Shown piece after piece: positions 8,228 through 17,095 of a stretch of DNA of 32,000 nucleotides. The notes under the pieces are model-generated. The model worked only from the letters and a program-made list of their open reading frames with translations. It was not told the DNA's origin and did no database searches. Location: positions 240,001 through 272,000 of the forward strand of contig JAUIFI010000001.1 in NCBI GenBank assembly GCA_030429505.1. The letters run 5' to 3'. The stretch comes from Candidatus Saccharimonadota bacterium. GTDB taxonomy: Bacteria > Patescibacteriota > Gracilibacteria > UBA4473. Position 1 is the stretch's first letter. Every line of letters starts with the position of its first letter. Position numbers and translations under genes: made by a program.

Positions 8228-8275
8228 ACACAATATATAGTATCTAAAATTCATCAGCCACACAATATGTAGTAC
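8228..8275 (+). promoter_or_regulatory. Tandem NrdR boxes upstream of nrdB
   Basis: ACACAATATATAGTAT (8228-8243) and ACACAATATGTAGTAC (8260-8275) start 32 bp apart. Both resemble the NrdR-box palindrome acaCwAtATaTwGtgt. Box 2 ends 58 nt upstream of the nrdB ATG. Confidence 0.6.
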
Positions 8276-8332
8276 AAATTTGGATTTCTGTTGTGTTTAT
8301 CGCATTTTTTCTTTCCTAACCCCCTTTCTATC

Positions 8333-9430
8333 ATGGATCAAAATTCTTCTGTATCTCCAGCTACCGCACATCGCTCTCCTTCTGAAAAGATGTCTACAAA
8401 AAGCAATGCTTTAAATGATTCTTTAAAGAAAAAAAAAGATATTCTTGGGATTGGAAAAACAACCGATCCAAATAAAATTTTGCCTATTACCTACAAATGG
8501 GCTCGAGAATACTATAAAAAAGGAGTGGCGAATAACTGGACTCCAGAAGAAGTTCCTATGCACCAAGATATTGAACTATGGAAATCTAAAAATGGCTTGA
8601 CCGAAGACGAACGCCGTATGGTGTTATGGAATTTAGGTTTTTTCTCTACTGCTGAAAGCCTAACCGCCAATAATATTGTCCTGAGCGTCTATAAACACGT
8701 AGCCAATCCAGAATGTCGACAATATATGCTTCGACAAGCTTTTGAAGAAGCCATTCATACGGATACATTTATTTACTGCTGTGATTCCCTATCCCTTGAT
8801 CCGGAAGAAATTTACAATATGTATCTCACCATTCCTTCAATCGAGGAAAAAGATGCTTTTGTAATAGACATTACTAAATCCCTCTTGGATCCAAATTTTA
8901 CGATTACTGATACGAAAAGTATTCAGAAGTTCATCTACGACCTAGTAGGATACTATATCATTATGGAAGGAATCTTTTTCTATGCTGGATTTGCCATGAT
9001 GCTTTCCATGCTTCGAAACAACAAAATGGTTGGTATCGGAGAACAATTTCAGTACATCCTTCGAGATGAATCTATTCATTTAGCTTTCGGAGTCGACCTG
9101 ATCAACACCATTATCGAAGAGAACCTAGATGTCTGGACAGAAGATTTTAAAAACTCACTAACGGAGACTATAAAAAAATCCGTTGTTCTCGAACAAAAAT
9201 ACGCCAAAGATGCAATTCCTAAAGGAATTTTAGGATTGCGTCCTGAAGTGGTCTCAGAATACGTAGAATATATCGCAGACCGACGCCTCGAATCCATCAA
9301 TCTACCGAAAGTCTACAACGCCAAAAATCCGTTTCCTTGGATGAGTGAAGTCATCGACCTTTCTAAAGAAAAGAATTTCTTTGAATCACGTGTGACTGAA
9401 TATCAACAGGGAGGGAGCTTGGGATGGTAG
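8333..9430 (+). CDS. nrdB: Ribonucleotide reductase small subunit, class Ic-like (R2c; Phe at the radical-Tyr position)
   Basis: Ferritin-like diiron motifs are present: FFSTAESL, QAFEEAIHTDTF, YYIIMEGIFFY and ILRDESIHLAF, plus the C-terminal NPFPWMSEVIDL..KEKNFFESRVTEYQ. The ATG at 8333 (MDQNSS) is preferred over the TTG at 8291. Confidence 0.9.
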   Translation: MDQNSSVSPATAHRSPSEKMSTKSNALNDSLKKKKDILGIGKTTDPNKILPITYKWAREYYKKGVANNWTPEEVPMHQDIELWKSKNGLTEDERRMVLWNLGFFSTAESLTANNIVLSVYKHVANPECRQYMLRQAFEEAIHTDTFIYCCDSLSLDPEEIYNMYLTIPSIEEKDAFVIDITKSLLDPNFTITDTKSIQKFIYDLVGYYIIMEGIFFYAGFAMMLSMLRNNKMVGIGEQFQYILRDESIHLAFGVDLINTIIEENLDVWTEDFKNSLTETIKKSVVLEQKYAKDAIPKGILGLRPEVVSEYVEYIADRRLESINLPKVYNAKNPFPWMSEVIDLSKEKNFFESRVTEYQQGGSLGW

Positions 9431-9437
9431 AAGTGAA

Positions 9438-10202
9438 TCAATCTCTTTCTTCCAAATCAATATCAATACCACCTTCATCATCCAACTCCTTCTCAATTTC
9501 CAGATTTGTTTGTGAAGCTTGTGGGACTTTATGAGATTGCGGTTTTGACACCTCTTTTGCAGTAGATACGATTTCTGTTTTTTCCTTCTTTTTGTCACTT
9601 TGTCGCTCAGGATCTCCATGTTCCCTCACATGAGATTGCACCATACCGAAAATTAAATTTTTGAGTGCTGACTCTTCTGTGAAATTTTTCGCATCCACCT
9701 GCCCTTCTCGATACGCCTCAATTATACGAGCCACATAATGAGGACGACTGGCTTTTTTGAATTCGTAGAGCATCCCTCCGTTAAATTTCATGAAATATAA
9801 ATCTCCAAAATTTTGCAGAAAAGACCGCAGTCCGACCCTTTGTACCTGAATTTCATCCAAATTCCAGTAATCAATTCGCGTGGATTTCTTGTGAAAAAAC
9901 TTTTCCCATTCAGTAAAAATCAAATTGTTTGTTGTCATCAAAATGGCATTAAAATACCAGCGATAAAAGAAAAAAATAAATCGAGATAAAGCATAGAGAC
10001 TTACAATAAAAAGAGTCCAAAAAGCTTCCCCCTCAAAGAGATACATTCCCCATCCCAAAACACCCAAAATTCCTCCCCAAAAAATAAGTCTTACAAGGGT
10101 TGGAAAAAATATCTTCCGGAAAGATTTTTCCACAAATTCATCCTCCTCTAGTATGTCCCCAAAACCAAGTCTTTTAAAACTAACATTAATCCGACGTTCC
10201 AT
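9438..10202 (-). CDS. Membrane protein, possible bacterial PH (DUF304/YdbT-like) domain with an acidic/basic tail
   Basis: 254 aa. A two-TM hairpin (LVRLIFWGGILGVLGWGMYLF, FWTLFIVSLYALSRFIFFFY) is followed by YFNAILMTTNNLIFTEW...IDYWNLDEIQVQRVGL, the typical bPH_2 arrangement. Confidence 0.55.
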   Translation of the reverse strand: MERRINVSFKRLGFGDILEEDEFVEKSFRKIFFPTLVRLIFWGGILGVLGWGMYLFEGEAFWTLFIVSLYALSRFIFFFYRWYFNAILMTTNNLIFTEWEKFFHKKSTRIDYWNLDEIQVQRVGLRSFLQNFGDLYFMKFNGGMLYEFKKASRPHYVARIIEAYREGQVDAKNFTEESALKNLIFGMVQSHVREHGDPERQSDKKKEKTEIVSTAKEVSKPQSHKVPQASQTNLEIEKELDDEGGIDIDLEERD

Positions 10203-10259
10203 GGAGAAAAAATTGTATTATAAGCAGATGTATTATACACTCCGCACGCAAAAAAGAGA

Positions 10260-10904
10260 ATGATAAAAGATAAAGATCAAAGCTGGACCAGTTTTGCATT
10301 GGAAACATTAATTCTTATAGGCATCGTTCTGTTTGTAAGATTTTATATCTTTCAATTCTTTCGTGTATCAGGACCTTCTATGTGTCCTACTCTCAATATC
10401 ATTGATGAAAAATGCGAAAATGGAAAAGGAGAATTTATTTTTGTGAATGAATTTGTTTATAATTTCATGAGAGCTCCTAAAAGAGGAGAAATCGTTGTAT
10501 TTCACCCGCCGCATAAAGATACTTTTTACATTAAAAGAATCCTTGGTGTTCCAGGCGATACTATCGAAATAAAAAAAGGAAAGCTCTATCTTTCAAATAA
10601 CGAGGTGACAGATTTTGAAATCCCAGAAACCTATCTATCTGCCAAAAACAACGGATTTACTCAAAGTTTTAAACAAACTAAATTTACTGTTCCCGATGAG
10701 CATTATTTACTCATGGGAGATAATCGCTCACGAAGCTTTGATGCTCGTCATTGTTATAACCAATCAGGCTGTGATGGAGCTCATACGCCATTTGTTCCTA
10801 TCAAAAACATACAAGGAAAAGCTTCATTCGTCGTCTGGCCACTTTCAAAAATGAGAGGAATTGAGCAGAAAAAAGAAGAGGAAAAATCAGTAATTTCAAA
10901 TTAA
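10260..10904 (+). CDS. lepB: Signal peptidase I
   Basis: N-terminal TM helix, catalytic Ser box SGPSMCPTL, Lys box FYIKRILGVPGDTI and box E LMGDNRSRSFDAR. Confidence 0.9.
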   Translation: MIKDKDQSWTSFALETLILIGIVLFVRFYIFQFFRVSGPSMCPTLNIIDEKCENGKGEFIFVNEFVYNFMRAPKRGEIVVFHPPHKDTFYIKRILGVPGDTIEIKKGKLYLSNNEVTDFEIPETYLSAKNNGFTQSFKQTKFTVPDEHYLLMGDNRSRSFDARHCYNQSGCDGAHTPFVPIKNIQGKASFVVWPLSKMRGIEQKKEEEKSVISN

Positions 10905-10980
10905 AAATCAGAGCTTGACGACATCACGAAAGATTTATAGAATCAGGCAGAAATCTCCTTACAAACTCATAAAAATAAAC

Positions 10981-12147
10981 ATGAAACGTTTCTTTCTCCT
11001 TCTCGGTATTGGGGCAAGCTTTTTTGGTGTTATTCTCACCAGCTCTGCTGCAGAAATTCAAAATGTACAAATTGTTCCATCAGATGAAACTACAACTATT
11101 CAGTGGGAAGCTTTACCTCTCGAATTAAGAGATAGTATTCAAGGATACGCCATTCAGTGGAGTTTGTACCAAGAAGAAATTAAAAATACTGAAAATAGGC
11201 TTGTAAAACAATGGATTGATAATCCTGATGAAAATGCCATTGTTTTAAGAACTGGTACCTTTAATCCGGGAGAAGATGACACATTTTTTCTCAGAATATA
11301 TGGTTACACACAAGACGGTCGAGAAAGAGCCTTGGTCCATGGTTCAAAGATCTATAAATTTAAGTTCAATCTAGATAAAAAATTGGAAGAAACAGAGATA
11401 CTGGAACCCAACGATCCGGTTATTGTTGATAACACATCAAAAGAACTCGGTAGTGTGTTTAATTTCGGTAAACTTATTACAAAGATATATGATGATCATA
11501 TATACCTTTCATGGTCAAAGCCAAGATTAACCTCTGTCGATGCGCGAGGTGTCTTAATAGCCGTATCAGAAAAAGAAGATATGTCGAATCCAATAGTAGA
11601 ACTCGAAGGAAGTCTCAAGGACCGAACAGGAAAAATTGAGGGATTAACACCGGACACTACTTACTACGTTGCCGGGTATTTTTATAAGACTGTGGGAGGA
11701 GAAGTGAAGAAGTTTGGAAGAGGTTCGACAGAAATAATCAAAACATTTCCTCAAATGACCAATGCTCAAAAAGCAAGAATTAACCGACTCAGAAGAGCCG
11801 GTAGAATTACACTACAAGCAGATGTCGTGGCTTCCGTAGAGGGCGGAAATATCACTACACAGACGGATGATGATAGTGATAATAGCACAAATAACTCATC
11901 ATCAGATGATACTGATACCACAACATCAGATACAGACACTTCGAGCAACAGAAGTGAAATTATTGCAAAAATTCGTCAGCTAGAGGCAGAACTACAAAGA
12001 CTCAAACAACAACTCAGAGAACTTGGTGGTCCAAGTTCAAATGCTTCCCCCGTAGCTCAGCAAAGAGCTAGAGCTAGCGACGGAAGAACTATCAAAAGAC
12101 CTCTCTCCATAAGAGAACGCCTTCAAAGACTTTTTAAAGGTAACTAA
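10981..12147 (+). CDS. Secreted protein with two FN3-like modules, an Asp/Ser/Thr-rich spacer and a C-terminal coiled coil
   Basis: Starts at MKRFFLLLGIGASFFGVILTSSAAE (signal peptide). FN3-like patterns are IQWEALP...GYAIQW and LSWSKP...LTPDTTYYV. It also has a DDDSDNSTNNSSSDDTDTTTSDTDTSS spacer and an IRQLEAELQRLKQQLREL coiled coil. Confidence 0.7.
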   Translation: MKRFFLLLGIGASFFGVILTSSAAEIQNVQIVPSDETTTIQWEALPLELRDSIQGYAIQWSLYQEEIKNTENRLVKQWIDNPDENAIVLRTGTFNPGEDDTFFLRIYGYTQDGRERALVHGSKIYKFKFNLDKKLEETEILEPNDPVIVDNTSKELGSVFNFGKLITKIYDDHIYLSWSKPRLTSVDARGVLIAVSEKEDMSNPIVELEGSLKDRTGKIEGLTPDTTYYVAGYFYKTVGGEVKKFGRGSTEIIKTFPQMTNAQKARINRLRRAGRITLQADVVASVEGGNITTQTDDDSDNSTNNSSSDDTDTTTSDTDTSSNRSEIIAKIRQLEAELQRLKQQLRELGGPSSNASPVAQQRARASDGRTIKRPLSIRERLQRLFKGN

Positions 12148-12166
12148 TTAAACTGATAAAAAAATC

Positions 12167-13033
12167 ATGAAAATAACATACTTTTTGGTCTCATCATCTT
12201 TTCTTACTATTCTTATTGCACCACTCGGACTTGCAGCTGATGAAGATACATCAGATACTTGTTCTCAAGTCATTCAATTTGCAGTTAGTGTCACTGGTCA
12301 GTGCGAAGCCTTTCCTACACCATGTGATGTTCCAGAGGATTGGAAACCCATTAGTTCATGCGATTTGATTGATACAGAGGAAGAAGGTTTGTCTTTTGAA
12401 GAAAAAGCAGAACAAAGAAGGAATGCTTTGTTTAGAGGATTTGCCAGAAAAAGACATCAACAAGTTATAAGACAAGCAAGAGACGATAAAAAAAATAATA
12501 TCAATATACCAAAAATAGCGAGAACGGGGAGAGCTTCACTCACAAAAACAGGCGAATATAGAAAACGACAACGAAAGGAATTGGAAGTAGACACATACAA
12601 AAGAACCAGAGGATATACAGAGCCAAATTTTGATAACAAAGATGCGTATCGTATTGCAAAAGAAGTGAATCAAAATAGAGGAGGATATCAAAGAGGACTA
12701 ACTCCTGGACAGAAATATCAACAAAACTTTCTCACGAAAGGGCGTCAAGATATCGGTCTGCGCTTATCTACAACCGGTGCAAAACGTGAAGGTCCTTTAA
12801 AATCACTCTATAATAGAAGAGGGATACGAGCATTTTCTCAGAAAGATTTTTCAAAAGAAGATGCTGTGAGAAAGATTTGGGAAAAACCAGAGCCTCCTAT
12901 GCTGAAGCGAAGACGAGCGCTAAAAGAAGAAAGAAAAAATAAAGTCAGAGACTACACCTACGGTCAATTTCAAAAAAACGCAGAAGAACGCAGAAACTTT
13001 GGTTTTGGTCAAGATAGTCTTTTGGACGATTAA
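12167..13033 (+). CDS. Secreted, highly basic (K/R/Q-rich) protein of unknown function
   Basis: 288 aa with signal peptide MKITYFLVSSSFLTILIAPLGLAAD and a Cys-containing N-terminal module, followed by a long basic low-complexity region. Confidence 0.6.
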   Translation: MKITYFLVSSSFLTILIAPLGLAADEDTSDTCSQVIQFAVSVTGQCEAFPTPCDVPEDWKPISSCDLIDTEEEGLSFEEKAEQRRNALFRGFARKRHQQVIRQARDDKKNNINIPKIARTGRASLTKTGEYRKRQRKELEVDTYKRTRGYTEPNFDNKDAYRIAKEVNQNRGGYQRGLTPGQKYQQNFLTKGRQDIGLRLSTTGAKREGPLKSLYNRRGIRAFSQKDFSKEDAVRKIWEKPEPPMLKRRRALKEERKNKVRDYTYGQFQKNAEERRNFGFGQDSLLDD

Positions 13034-13105
13034 AATTTAGTTATAAACTCAAAAAAGAAATAAGAAGTGAGTTGACATATTTTGTTTTACATTCTATAAA
13101 GTAGT

Positions 13106-13570
13106 ATGAAATATGCATTCATGAAAAAATTTCTTTTTCTCAGCCTCTTTCTCCCCTTATCTGCTTTTGCTTATAGCATTGGTAGTGGGGTGGGAGATTG
13201 TCAATTTGATATAAAAACCGGAAATTATTTTTGTCACCAAAATCAGGCTGAACGATATCGGTCAGGATTTGTGCCTTATACACGATATATAAATCCTCAG
13301 TACCAATCAGACTACATCACCTCTAAGCAAGTATGCCCACTTCATTCTCACTACGAACGCTATCCAGTAGATGGTTGCGTATGCAATACAGGCTACATCA
13401 AATCAAAACACGGAAATTATTGTACAAAAGAAAAAAAAGATCTTTCCAACGAAGCCTTCAATGTTCTCTGGAAAGCCCTTCAAAAAAAAGAGTTGACCAT
13501 TCATGAGCGCAATAAAAGAGGAGAGATTATTCAGTGGGTCAATGAGACTTTTAACTATAATTATCAATAA
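13106..13570 (+). CDS. Small secreted Cys-rich protein of unknown function
   Basis: 154 aa with a signal peptide (FLFLSLFLPLSAFAYS) and six Cys in the mature part. Confidence 0.6.
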   Translation: MKYAFMKKFLFLSLFLPLSAFAYSIGSGVGDCQFDIKTGNYFCHQNQAERYRSGFVPYTRYINPQYQSDYITSKQVCPLHSHYERYPVDGCVCNTGYIKSKHGNYCTKEKKDLSNEAFNVLWKALQKKELTIHERNKRGEIIQWVNETFNYNYQ

Positions 13571-13618
13571 AAAAATGAGGGCGTAGTGCTGGACAGGAGT
13601 AAAATCCTTACTACACCC
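13571..13618 (-). terminator. Hairpin with T-run between convergent genes (stronger on the minus strand)
   Basis: GGGCGTAGT ... ACTACACCC forms a 9-bp stem with one mismatch. On the minus strand it is followed by TCATTTTTTTATT. Confidence 0.45.
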
Positions 13619-13681
13619 CCTAAAAACATTTTTGTTGTGTTCTGAATGAGAAAATGTTTTTTAATGTTAATGTATCGTGGT

Positions 13682-14065
13682 TTAATTCATAAATTGATAT
13701 GCTGAAAATAAATGGAAAAACAATGGTGAAATACTCTGCCACCCATCATCTGCAGTAATGACTTGACCTGGACTGAGAGAAAAAATCATTGCTCTCGGAA
13801 CATAAATAGCCTCCATTCCTCCATTAGAAAAGCAGTAATGACAACCACAAGGGCAAGGTTCTATCCGAATATCCTGCTCAGTAAAGGATAATATTACTCT
13901 CGGAATAACAATTTGACCGTCATTCTTTCTCATGACTATTGAATTATCATCCCAAGATAAATTAAATAATGGCACTACATCTTCCACAGTATCAAATACA
14001 TCAATAGTATTGTCTTTTCCCGAGCAAAGAGAAAAAAATAGACCTTGCAGAAATATTTTAGTCAT
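13682..14065 (-). CDS. Hypothetical protein (CPCGCHYC motif)
   Basis: 127-aa ORF with no recognisable family. Coding status is uncertain. Confidence 0.4.
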   Translation of the reverse strand: MTKIFLQGLFFSLCSGKDNTIDVFDTVEDVVPLFNLSWDDNSIVMRKNDGQIVIPRVILSFTEQDIRIEPCPCGCHYCFSNGGMEAIYVPRAMIFSLSPGQVITADDGWQSISPLFFHLFSAYQFMN

Positions 14066-14119
14066 AGGAAACCTCTGCCTAAAAATTAATAGAAATATGA
14101 GTTTAAAAAAACATCACTA

Positions 14120-14170
14120 AGAATTCGATACAAAAACCATACATAGAGCAAAGCTCATGTATCGAATTCT
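14120..14170. promoter_or_regulatory. 13-bp perfect inverted repeat in a divergent intergenic region
   Basis: AGAATTCGATACA (14120-14132) and TGTATCGAATTCT (14158-14170) are separated by 25 nt. The spacer contains a competing partial pairing, ATACATAGAGC/GCTCATGTAT. Confidence 0.4.
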
Positions 14171-14305
14171 ATAGCACACAAAAATGTAAAAGATCTGTCT
14201 TTTTAGGTAATTTATTGTAGTATCTCTCTAAAAAAGAAACGGATTACCAAAAGACAGGTTATTTGTAAAATGATAAACAAGAATTGTCAATAAAATTAAA
14301 TTTTC

Positions 14306-14794
14306 ATGAAAATAGCCATAGTGTCCGACTCTCACGGCAGTATTGATCGCATAAAAATCCTTCTGTCACAACTTCAAAAATCAGGAATTCAGCATGTACT
14401 TCATGCCGGAGACTTTGCCGTTCCCGAACTTGTCCAAGTATTCAAAAAATATCCGAATATACAGATACACATCGCCCGAGGAAATTTCGATGTCAATGAC
14501 GAGCTCATTGAAGAATTGAATACCCTTCCCAACATTACCATTCAAGAAGTCATCGATGTTACCTTTGAAGGTATTCGTATCGCTTTATCCCATTTCGAAG
14601 GTATTGCTCAAAAAGCCCTTCACGCACAAAAAGTCGATATCTTTTGCCACGGTCATACCCACAAAGCCCAGATCGCTAAACAAAACGGTATCATCTTACT
14701 CAACCCAGGAGCATTATGTGACGATGGAAAATATTTTCTTTTATCGGTACCAGATCTAAAACTTCAACATAAACTGTACAATAATCCTGTATAA
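14306..14794 (+). CDS. YfcE/MJ0936-family metallophosphoesterase
   Basis: Motifs VSDSHG, HAGD, RGNFD, SH and GHTH occur in the canonical order. 162 aa. Confidence 0.85.
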   Translation: MKIAIVSDSHGSIDRIKILLSQLQKSGIQHVLHAGDFAVPELVQVFKKYPNIQIHIARGNFDVNDELIEELNTLPNITIQEVIDVTFEGIRIALSHFEGIAQKALHAQKVDIFCHGHTHKAQIAKQNGIILLNPGALCDDGKYFLLSVPDLKLQHKLYNNPV

Positions 14795-15292
14795 ATGAAT
14801 CTCGACCAAGCAGAAAAAATCGCTGTATCACTCATGGAAAAACACCAGCTCACTAACTGGTCTTTTGCCTTTGACAGAGCCAAGGTTCGTTTTGGCTGCT
14901 GTCATTATACAAAAAAAACGATCACCCTTTCCCGATACCTCACAGAACTCAATACAGAAGCACACGTCAGAGATACTATTTTACACGAAATCGCCCATGC
15001 TTTAGTCGGAAAAAAACATAACCATGATAGAATCTGGAAAGCCAAAGCGCTGGAGATCGGTTGCAAACCCAGGCGGTGCTACGATGTATCAGATATAAAG
15101 CTTCCCCTCAGAAAATACACCGCGCAATGTCCTCAGTGCAAAATTACCTTTCAAACGCAAAAAAAGAGACGTGTAGCCTGCGCCACCTGCTGTAAAAAAT
15201 ATAATGACAACCGTTATTCGTCAGCTTTTCGAATCATCTTTACCGAAAATAAACACACTTCATTCACAAAACGTGTCATCAGAGGTATCTAG
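14795..15292 (+). CDS. SprT-like zinc metallopeptidase-domain protein with a C-terminal Cys4 ribbon
   Basis: HEIAH zinc motif (ILHEIAHALVGKKHNHDRIW), a SprT-like N-terminal pattern (WSFAFDRAKVRFGCCHYTKKTITLSRYL), and CPQCK...CATCC. The ATG directly abuts the upstream stop. Confidence 0.75.
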   Translation: MNLDQAEKIAVSLMEKHQLTNWSFAFDRAKVRFGCCHYTKKTITLSRYLTELNTEAHVRDTILHEIAHALVGKKHNHDRIWKAKALEIGCKPRRCYDVSDIKLPLRKYTAQCPQCKITFQTQKKRRVACATCCKKYNDNRYSSAFRIIFTENKHTSFTKRVIRGI

Positions 15293-15297
15293 AATCT

Positions 15298-16299
15298 CTA
15301 TTGCCGTAACAAATACTCATGCGCTTCCAAAGCCGCAATGGCGCCTTCTCCTGCAGCCACAATCACTTGTTTATGAGCTTGATCAGTACAATCGCCTCCA
15401 GCGAATATTCCTGGAACATTTGTCTGACAACGACGATTTACCACGATTTCATTTCGATCATTCAGTTTTACCACCCCCTTCAAAAAATCTGTCGCCGGTA
15501 CTTGACCGACTTCCTCAAAAATCCCTTCACACTTAAACTCATGTGGCTTTCCACCCCCTTCAGAAATAAGTACGCCTCGTACCTGAACTTTCTTATCCAA
15601 TAAGATCTCGTTCGTCTTTACTTCAAACTTCACAGAAATAGCTGGGTGTTGTTCAACTTTTTCCATCAAAACCGCTTCACCAATCAAGTGATCGAGATCC
15701 GTCATAATCGTAATATCATCCGTGAACTTTGATAATTGTAATGCCACATCCATCGCTGAATTTCCACCACCAATTACCACCATTTTTTTATCTTTGTATA
15801 ATGGGGCATCACATGTAGCACAAAAAGATAATCCATTTCCCTTCATAGCAATATCTTCTCCGGGAATATGAAGCAATCTCGGGATTTTTCCTGTCGTTAC
15901 GACAATAGTGCGGGATCGAAATTTTTGCTTGGTATTCGTTTGAACAAAAAACACGTCTTTTTTGGAAGAGATATTTTCAACCGTTTCTTTTTCCCGTAAC
16001 CACAGATCAAAATGATCATTATCATCATCAACCTTTTTCACATGATCAAAAAAAAGTTTTGTCAGCTCGGGTCCCGTTGCCTGAGCTACTCCAGTATAGT
16101 TTTGAATATCAGAAGACCATTGCATCTGACCGCCGACTTTACCACAAATAAGCAAAATCTTCATTTTCCGACGAGCCGCATATACCGCTGCCGTCATACC
16201 GGCAGGTCCTGCACCAATAATAATCGTATCAAAGACATCCGGATAATTCTCTATCGAATCATCACAATCTCCACACCGAGCCCAATCTTTATGTACCAT
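15298..16299 (-). CDS. trxB: Thioredoxin-disulfide reductase with a short N-terminal CxxC extension
   Basis: FAD motif IIGAGPAGMTAAVYAARR, redox-active CATCDAPLY, NADPH motif VIGGGNSAMDVA and GIFAGGDC. The N-terminus is MVHKDWARCGDCDDS. Confidence 0.85.
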   Translation of the reverse strand: MVHKDWARCGDCDDSIENYPDVFDTIIIGAGPAGMTAAVYAARRKMKILLICGKVGGQMQWSSDIQNYTGVAQATGPELTKLFFDHVKKVDDDNDHFDLWLREKETVENISSKKDVFFVQTNTKQKFRSRTIVVTTGKIPRLLHIPGEDIAMKGNGLSFCATCDAPLYKDKKMVVIGGGNSAMDVALQLSKFTDDITIMTDLDHLIGEAVLMEKVEQHPAISVKFEVKTNEILLDKKVQVRGVLISEGGGKPHEFKCEGIFEEVGQVPATDFLKGVVKLNDRNEIVVNRRCQTNVPGIFAGGDCTDQAHKQVIVAAGEGAIAALEAHEYLLRQ

Positions 16300-16589
16300 A
16301 TAAAGAAGCTTATCCCTTCATTATAACACAAATAAGTAAGAAGTACAATGTGCAAGAAGACTGATCTCTTGGGCTTGGAAATGAAAAAATTTTAAAACAT
16401 TAAAATTAAATTAAAAAATGGTAGAAATAAAAAAAATAAGTTGATTTTATTTGTAAAGTATCTAAAAAATGAAATGAGATCGTAAAAAAATATTTATGAA
16501 ATTTTTACGTACTCCCAAAATGTATCTTCATGTAGGGGATTATGTGATCCTACTATGGCGACTACACCAATTCTAAGCAACTTTTCTTT

Positions 16590-17072
16590 ATGAATAAAAT
16601 AAATTCCGTTTTTGACTCTCAATGTTCTATACGATTAATTCTCGTCTTTACTTTCAGTTTACTGATTTCCAATCAAGTCAGCGCCCAAATGGCTGATGAT
16701 CATCAAGGATGTTTTCATGACTATACAATTTGGGATTCTTCTTATAACTATGATCCTGATGGAAAAGACTGGAATTTTAAGTTTATGACGAATAATACGC
16801 AATCCAACATTCCCTCTGTGGGATATGTAGATCTTCAGCCCGTAAATTTTTTACAACAATTTCTTGATCTCAATGGTGATGGACTACCAGATTACATCTA
16901 TTCGTTGCATGGAAAAAATCAAGGTCCACAAGGTGGGGCTGGAGAATATGTGATTCGGGATTGTATAGCACTTAATACTGGATCTGGTTTTGATATCGCT
17001 TATAAGTGCGTCTATGACTTGGATGCCAATGGCACAACCCGAAAATATCACGGTGATTGTGCCGGTGATTAA
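16590..17072 (+). CDS. Small secreted 4-Cys protein with one FG-GAP/TcB-propeller-like blade motif (paralog 1)
   Basis: 160 aa with a signal peptide (LILVFTFSLLISNQVSAQ). Motifs are CFHDYTIWDSS, FLDLNGDGLPDYIY, LNTGSGFDIAYKCV and YHGDCAG. It is a paralog of 17096-17569. Confidence 0.75.
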   Translation: MNKINSVFDSQCSIRLILVFTFSLLISNQVSAQMADDHQGCFHDYTIWDSSYNYDPDGKDWNFKFMTNNTQSNIPSVGYVDLQPVNFLQQFLDLNGDGLPDYIYSLHGKNQGPQGGAGEYVIRDCIALNTGSGFDIAYKCVYDLDANGTTRKYHGDCAGD

Positions 17073-17095
17073 TCGTATTTTCTAATTTTTTTCTC

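Noticed and set aside
8139-8258. 39-codon basic ORF (MRVFVKKDRKNHPSKK...) upstream of nrdB
   Set aside because: It overlaps the NrdR boxes and promoter region, has no SD, and has A-rich low-complexity composition. It is likely spurious.
15204-16326. Plus-strand ORFs 15204-15536, 15319-15603 and 16012-16326
   Set aside because: They are antisense to trxB, which carries unambiguous FAD, NADPH and CATC motifs on the minus strand.
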